This document shows positions 60,901-64,000 of a stretch of 64,000 nt of DNA, one piece after another. Every line of letters begins with the position of its first letter. The stretch's first letter is position 1. The notes under the pieces are model-generated. The model was not told where the DNA came from. It made no database searches and saw only the letters and a list, made by a program, of their open reading frames with translations. Source of the stretch: Tubulanus polymorphus (Eukaryota > Animalia > Nemertea); contig NC_134029.1 in NCBI RefSeq assembly GCF_964204645.1, positions 17,974,950-18,038,949 on the forward strand, given 5' to 3'. A program made the position numbers and the translations under genes.

Positions 60901-63695
60901 TCCATTAAGCGGATAATATTTTTTTGGGTTAAGTTCTGAGGCTAGAAAATGGGCTTATTAGCCAGAAAATAAGGTATCGGGTATCTAAATTGGCATTTAT
61001 AATTTTGCAGCCTTGGCTTATGTAAAATGTATACTAGTAATCTACTGAAAGCTTGCGTAAGAAGCTATGTCTCAAGAATTTTTTCGTTTTTGGAATATAG
61101 GCAGCAGCTTTATCAGTAATACAGCATCTAATGACAGAATGGCGACAGCCGGGTGAGACCTCCTGTGGAACTAGTGGAGACACATCAGCAGATGAGCAGA
61201 GCAGTTCAGTATGTGAACCGGTATCATCGATTCTCAGTCAAAATAACGTTTCTAATAAACACGCGCAAAAAGTGAAGAAAGTGAAACCACAACCGACCCC
61301 ACCGCTACCAGTTGTGTCGCAACTTATGGAAATGGGTTTCCAGCGCAAGAAAGTTGAGGCAGCTATCAAAGCATTAGGTATAACAGACATAGAAATATAG
61401 GTGTAGTTAAACCTCGACATTTCTCTGATTCACTTGGGGAAAAGTGACCGCCACCATATCTCTGCTTTAAAACCGCTTCAGGAGAATTTTACTCTCAGCT
61501 GAGCGCTTTTCGCTTGCATTCGTCTGTTAACCCTAATATTTGAACATTCCTAGGAGGATATCGCGCTGGTAGCGACACGCCCACTGCTGAATCATTGGTC
61601 GTCTGGTTGCTAGAGAATCAAGATGGAATTCGGACCGATGTGATGCTGTCAGATTCTGACGACGGCTCGTACGAAGATCCGATGTCGGATACTGAATCTA
61701 TGTCGAGTGATTTTGAAGACCTCGAAGTTGCATTCAATGAGGTACATAATTTATAGGATATAAATTATATTGATATTTTGGAAATATTTCTCTAAAAGAT
61801 AGCAGTTTAGGCTGAAATCGTGAATCCATTTTTTCATGATCAACTAATTTAAAAAAATACTAATTCCAGTACATAATTGAGGGGCTATCATTATATATCA
61901 TTGCACCATGGACAGCTACATAGTAGTTTAGATGCCATTCTAATATACATTGTATGGTTATAAGTTAGTTGGAAGGCAAGCATCAAATTGAAAACACAAA
62001 ATTGCAAGACTGGAATTAGAGAGTTAAAACAACATGACATTATTGCTATTTCAGGTTGTTCAAATGGAGTGTGCACCTCTTTTGAAGAAAACAGATTTTG
62101 TTACGAATGACGATTACGCAATGTACGTTCGAGACAATATCCAGATTGGAATGTTGGTTCGATGTTGTCGTACTTATGAAGAGGTGCATGAGGGCGATGT
62201 AGGGAAAGTCACAAAGGTAAAGTAGATGCAACAGTCTTTTTAAAAGTGTTCATTCAATCGACCGATTTGACAGATCACAGCCTATACGATACATGTAAAT
62301 AATATGCTCAACATCGATGAAGAACTTCGATACATGATGTTGGTCTAGTTGTAAAATTTGAAAATGTCTCGTTTATCCTAATAAGATAATTTCGTTGGAT
62401 TTTGTATGCAATGCAGAGCTTCCAACTGTCCTTGAAAATGGTTTGATGTCCCTAATAATGCAATATTAATGGTATTGATAATGAATCAGTGTCCCAGAAT
62501 CTGTTATTTGAATTCCTAGAAAATTCAGTCCCTGCTTCTGATACTCATTGGTTGGCAGCCCAAGCAATGGGTGTTTACTGGTATGTTCATTTATTCAAAT
62601 TTTCCAGTTGGATCGTGATGGCTTACATGATCTGAACATCCAAGCTGATTGGCAGAGAATGGGTCGTACATACTGGGTTCGTTATGTGCATGTAGAACTG
62701 TTAGGGTATGGATCACCTTCTGCTGCAGTACCAGGCACTACAGGTATACATGCTCTCTTGTTAATATATTTCCATTAAGCAGGACTTCTAGTAATCAATT
62801 CTCTTCAAATTAGATTTAGTTATGAATGAATATATTTTCTAATGGTATTTTAGAAATGGGAGCAGTTGCAGCGTCTGCAGTATCGGCTGGATCAACTACA
62901 TCATTGGGCAATAAAATTAAAATTGGCGATAAAGTACGAGTGAAACCGTCGGTTACCACACCAAAATACAAGTGGGGATCAGTAACTCATCGAAGTGTTG
63001 GCACTGTTAGAAGTAGGTTTAGCACTACAAGGACAATTACTTCCATACCCTTCACCAAAAAAGTCTCCCAGGATGATAAAACCCTTGCCATGGGGTACAA
63101 TCGTGCCTGTGATTTTTATACCGCTAGAATAAAAATGATATGCTTGTATATAATGGAGGAATCAAGAAGGAACGGTTGAGGCTTGAATATAGTAGTTTCA
63201 TAGTTTTGGTTCTGTTTTTACCCGAACCCCTGTAGCGTACAAATAAAATTGCTTCATAAAATGTCCCTTTGAGTCTGATTGTTTCGCGAAGGGCTGTATT
63301 GGGTATTTTACTTATTTCGATATTTACTTCATTTTCAGTGTTTGCCGCTGAAGCCCGCGACGTTGTCGTTGATTTTCCACAGCAGCCACATTGGACCGGT
63401 TTAGTGTCCGAGATGGAAGTCGTGCACAGTGCACACCCTGGAATCACGTAAGTAGTGCAAATATGTGATATGAAATCTATTCTTATCAGGAGGTTGAAAA
63501 CAATAATAACTTGTACAGTATCGATTTAAATGAGTGATTTTGTTTTATTGTATACCGGTAGGTGCGATGAATGTCACATGTGTCCTATCACTGGCGATAG
63601 GTTTAAATGTCGAACCTGCAGTAACTATAACCTATGTGATGGCTGCTATAAGAATACAACCCACCCGCACTCATTCAAAAAGACTATTGATGCTG
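30795..63695 (+). CDS. HERC2: E3 ubiquitin-protein ligase HERC2, 5' part (43 coding exons, about 2,832 codons); continues past the right window edge
   Basis: N-terminus [48 protein letters not shown]1 repeats, cyt-b5-like ([16 protein letters not shown]), MIB/HERC2 ([16 protein letters not shown]), UBA-like (LMEMGF), CPH and ZZ, in HERC2 order. All junctions are GT-AG and phase-consistent. Confidence 0.97.
31472..31672 (+). CDS. HERC2: HERC2 exon 2 (Cys-rich)
   Basis: GDNGKYYCG...SWTWGQQP; AG/GT; phase 1-1. Confidence 0.9.
32566..32785 (+). CDS. HERC2: HERC2 exon 3
   Basis: ...[22 protein letters not shown]... Confidence 0.9.
33223..33486 (+). CDS. HERC2: HERC2 exon 4
   Basis: [35 protein letters not shown]. 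Confidence 0.95.
33954..34251 (+). CDS. HERC2: HERC2 exon 5
   Basis: [23 protein letters not shown]...[11 protein letters not shown]. Confidence 0.93.
34713..34874 (+). CDS. HERC2: HERC2 exon 6
   Basis: [13 protein letters not shown]...[10 protein letters not shown]. Confidence 0.93.
35626..36690. mobile_element. 1.07-kb non-autonomous DNA transposon with 5-bp TSD
   Basis: Perfect 16-bp TIR CAGTGCTTCATCTAGC; TSD GTTCA; AGGGC subterminal repeats at both ends. Confidence 0.88.
36880..37083 (+). CDS. HERC2: HERC2 exon 7 (start of RCC1-like domain)
   Basis: QEVLGWGW...[17 protein letters not shown]. Confidence 0.92.
37559..37710 (+). CDS. HERC2: HERC2 exon 8 (RCC1 repeat)
   Basis: [35 protein letters not shown]. 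Confidence 0.94.
38288..38547 (+). CDS. HERC2: HERC2 exon 9 (RCC1 repeat)
   Basis: [17 protein letters not shown]...[12 protein letters not shown]. Confidence 0.94.
38903..39074 (+). CDS. HERC2: HERC2 exon 10 (RCC1 repeat)
   Basis: [15 protein letters not shown]...[11 protein letters not shown]. Confidence 0.94.
39153..39350. mobile_element. hAT-like MITE (degenerate)
   Basis: TIR CAGGGGTGGATCCAG / CTAGATTCACCCCTG; no clear TSD. Confidence 0.5.
39484..39748 (+). CDS. HERC2: HERC2 exon 11 (RCC1 repeat)
   Basis: [11 protein letters not shown]...[13 protein letters not shown]. Confidence 0.94.
39925..40125 (+). CDS. HERC2: HERC2 exon 12
   Basis: RIPFVVDVC...[17 protein letters not shown]. 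Confidence 0.93.
40480..40708 (+). CDS. HERC2: HERC2 exon 13
   Basis: [21 protein letters not shown]. Confidence 0.93.
41078..41220 (+). CDS. HERC2: HERC2 exon 14
   Basis: [21 protein letters not shown]. Confidence 0.93.
41298..41440 (+). CDS. HERC2: HERC2 exon 15
   Basis: EKESVEADE...[11 protein letters not shown]; AG/GT, in phase. Confidence 0.88.
42103..42221. repeat. 31-bp direct repeat pair
   Basis: AATTATCGATACCAATACTACCTGATATGAT at 42103 and 42191. Confidence 0.85.
42250..42461 (+). CDS. HERC2: HERC2 exon 16
   Basis: NASTQTL...[12 protein letters not shown]. Confidence 0.92.
42773..42928 (+). CDS. HERC2: HERC2 exon 17
   Basis: [26 protein letters not shown]. Confidence 0.9.
43044..43229 (+). 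CDS. HERC2: HERC2 exon 18
   Basis: [11 protein letters not shown]...DKFNRLAPG...EDLAWPGI. Confidence 0.92.
43308..44446. mobile_element. 1.14-kb non-autonomous DNA transposon with 6-bp TSD
   Basis: TIR CAGACCTGCTTACCCC / GGGGTAACCAGGTTTG; TSD CATTTA; TACGG repeats at the left end, TACTGA repeats at the right. Confidence 0.82.
45188..45468 (+). CDS. HERC2: HERC2 exon 19 (cytochrome b5-like domain)
   Basis: [29 protein letters not shown]...CVGQYLD. Confidence 0.95.
46084..46447 (+). mobile_element. Non-autonomous Helitron-like element, copy 1
   Basis: 364 bp, near-identical to 56184-56547; 5' TC, 9-bp GC hairpin near the 3' end, ends CCAG|T; no TIR or TSD. Confidence 0.78.
47690..48065 (+). 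pseudogene. Decayed rhodopsin-family (peptide-receptor-like) GPCR fragment, TM1-TM4, inside a HERC2 intron
   Basis: TM1-like [21 protein letters not shown]. After a frameshift near 47790: NTSIFYLRC then an in-frame TAA at 47830, then [19 protein letters not shown] (DRY motif) and TM4-like [12 protein letters not shown]. No TM5-7 seen. Confidence 0.75.
48812..49076 (+). CDS. HERC2: HERC2 exon 20
   Basis: [18 protein letters not shown]...FFRGGLQ. Confidence 0.93.
49440..49680 (+). CDS. HERC2: HERC2 exon 21
   Basis: [16 protein letters not shown]. Confidence 0.93.
49977..50136 (+). CDS. HERC2: HERC2 exon 22
   Basis: [15 protein letters not shown]...KRSLIK. Confidence 0.93.
50615..50810 (+). 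CDS. HERC2: HERC2 exon 23
   Basis: [29 protein letters not shown]; donor chosen by phase. Confidence 0.9.
51080..51240 (+). CDS. HERC2: HERC2 exon 24 (low-complexity linker)
   Basis: Open, in phase, AG/GT; [16 protein letters not shown]...; weakly conserved, acceptor uncertain. Confidence 0.75.
52138..52311 (+). CDS. HERC2: HERC2 exon 25
   Basis: KYLWLKQ...[14 protein letters not shown]. Confidence 0.92.
52751..52887 (+). CDS. HERC2: HERC2 exon 26
   Basis: [15 protein letters not shown]...[11 protein letters not shown]. Confidence 0.92.
52984..53170 (+). CDS. HERC2: HERC2 exon 27
   Basis: [20 protein letters not shown]. Confidence 0.92.
53339..53486 (+). CDS. HERC2: HERC2 exon 28
   Basis: [19 protein letters not shown]. 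Confidence 0.92.
54166..54341 (+). CDS. HERC2: HERC2 exon 29 (MIB/HERC2 domain)
   Basis: [25 protein letters not shown]. Confidence 0.95.
54946..55135 (+). CDS. HERC2: HERC2 exon 30 (MIB/HERC2 domain)
   Basis: [33 protein letters not shown]. Confidence 0.95.
55362..55732 (+). CDS. HERC2: HERC2 exon 31
   Basis: HPTALI...[17 protein letters not shown]. Confidence 0.93.
56184..56547 (+). mobile_element. Non-autonomous Helitron-like element, copy 2
   Basis: A|TC start, CTAG end, decayed hairpin. Confidence 0.78.
56993..57143 (+). CDS. HERC2: HERC2 exon 32
   Basis: [15 protein letters not shown]. Confidence 0.92.
57969..58162 (+). CDS. HERC2: HERC2 exon 33
   Basis: [26 protein letters not shown]. 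Confidence 0.93.
58278..58915 (-). mobile_element. L2/CR1-clade LINE 3' remnant (interrupted)
   Basis: Minus-strand remnants [13 protein letters not shown]|LA, MWNSL and [15 protein letters not shown], then a short TCTTA-repeat tail. Confidence 0.75.
58590..58870. mobile_element. MITE with 6-bp TSD nested in the LINE remnant
   Basis: TIR CAGGAATGAAAA / TTTTCATCCCTG; TSD GTTATG. Confidence 0.85.
58951..59069. mobile_element. PIF/Harbinger-like MITE
   Basis: TIR GGGCCAGTTGCACAGTCGTGACTTA / TAAGCCATGACTATGCAACCGGCCC; CTG TSD. Confidence 0.82.
59163..59375 (+). CDS. HERC2: HERC2 exon 34
   Basis: [18 protein letters not shown]. Confidence 0.92.
59540..59669 (+). CDS. HERC2: HERC2 exon 35
   Basis: [24 protein letters not shown]. 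Confidence 0.9.
59897..60109. mobile_element. MITE with probable 6-bp TSD
   Basis: CAGAGCTGCCAAC / GTTGGTAGCCATG; flanks TGTCAA/CGTCAA; TACTGA repeats. Confidence 0.65.
60216..60508 (+). CDS. HERC2: HERC2 exon 36
   Basis: KLRQILLHP...[17 protein letters not shown]. Confidence 0.92.
61101..61377 (+). CDS. HERC2: HERC2 exon 37 (UBA-like start)
   Basis: AAALSV...[23 protein letters not shown]. Confidence 0.92.
61554..61741 (+). CDS. HERC2: HERC2 exon 38
   Basis: [13 protein letters not shown] followed by an acidic tract. Confidence 0.9.
62055..62216 (+). CDS. HERC2: HERC2 exon 39 (CPH domain)
   Basis: [39 protein letters not shown]. Confidence 0.95.
62414..62563. mobile_element. MITE with 6-bp TSD
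   Basis: CAGAGCTTCCAAC / GTTGGCAGCCCAA; TSD GCAATG; GTCCC repeats. Confidence 0.65.
62608..62743 (+). CDS. HERC2: HERC2 exon 40 (CPH domain)
   Basis: [33 protein letters not shown]. Confidence 0.95.
62854..63012 (+). CDS. HERC2: HERC2 exon 41
   Basis: [29 protein letters not shown]. Confidence 0.93.
63339..63447 (+). CDS. HERC2: HERC2 exon 42
   Basis: [21 protein letters not shown]...HPGIT. Confidence 0.93.
63562..63695 (+). CDS. HERC2: HERC2 exon 43 (ZZ zinc finger)
   Basis: [29 protein letters not shown]...HPHSF. Confidence 0.95.
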
Positions 63696-64000
63696 GTAAG
63701 TATTTGTATTAGAAAATGTATTCTTCAGGCAGGGATGATTCACCACTTCCATAAATCTTGCCATTTCACTTGTGAGTTCACATCCAAGTACAGCATGTAT
63801 ATTATTGCTTAGATTTGGAAAAGATATTCTGGAGTCAAAGTACTCTCAAGGTTAAAACTCCCATTGGATGCCTTTTAAATTACAGTGGCAATATTCAATT
63901 TTCTACTAGCACCATACAGCCTGCATATCATGATCCATTAACCTGAAACTTGGCAAAGTGGCCATCTTGAAAATTCTAGTGAAGGAATTGGTGCCGGCAA

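Overview
AT-rich, intron-rich animal genomic DNA (bilaterian invertebrate; lineage is inference). Two large spliced genes lie head-to-head and both run off the window. On the minus strand is an unconventional myosin IX: 6 coding exons, 428 codons, RA domain plus the start of the motor domain. On the plus strand is the giant E3 ligase HERC2: 43 phase-consistent GT-AG coding exons, 8,497 nt, covering the N-terminus, RCC1-like domain 1, cyt-b5-like, MIB/HERC2, UBA-like, CPH and ZZ domains. Introns and the intergenic spacer are full of non-autonomous transposons that could be delimited by eye: two Mutator-like elements (9-bp TSDs), a set of CAG-ended elements with unusual 5- and 6-bp TSDs, Harbinger- and piggyBac-like MITEs, two 364-bp Helitron-like copies, a tRNA-derived SINE and an L2-like LINE relic. 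The most notable observations are a minimal hammerhead-ribozyme motif of the Penelope type (~24740), a decayed GPCR nested in a HERC2 intron, a Cys-rich exon in the HERC2 N-terminus and a three-element transposon nest. I found no convincing wholly new multi-gene system. All calls were made by eye, without database searches.
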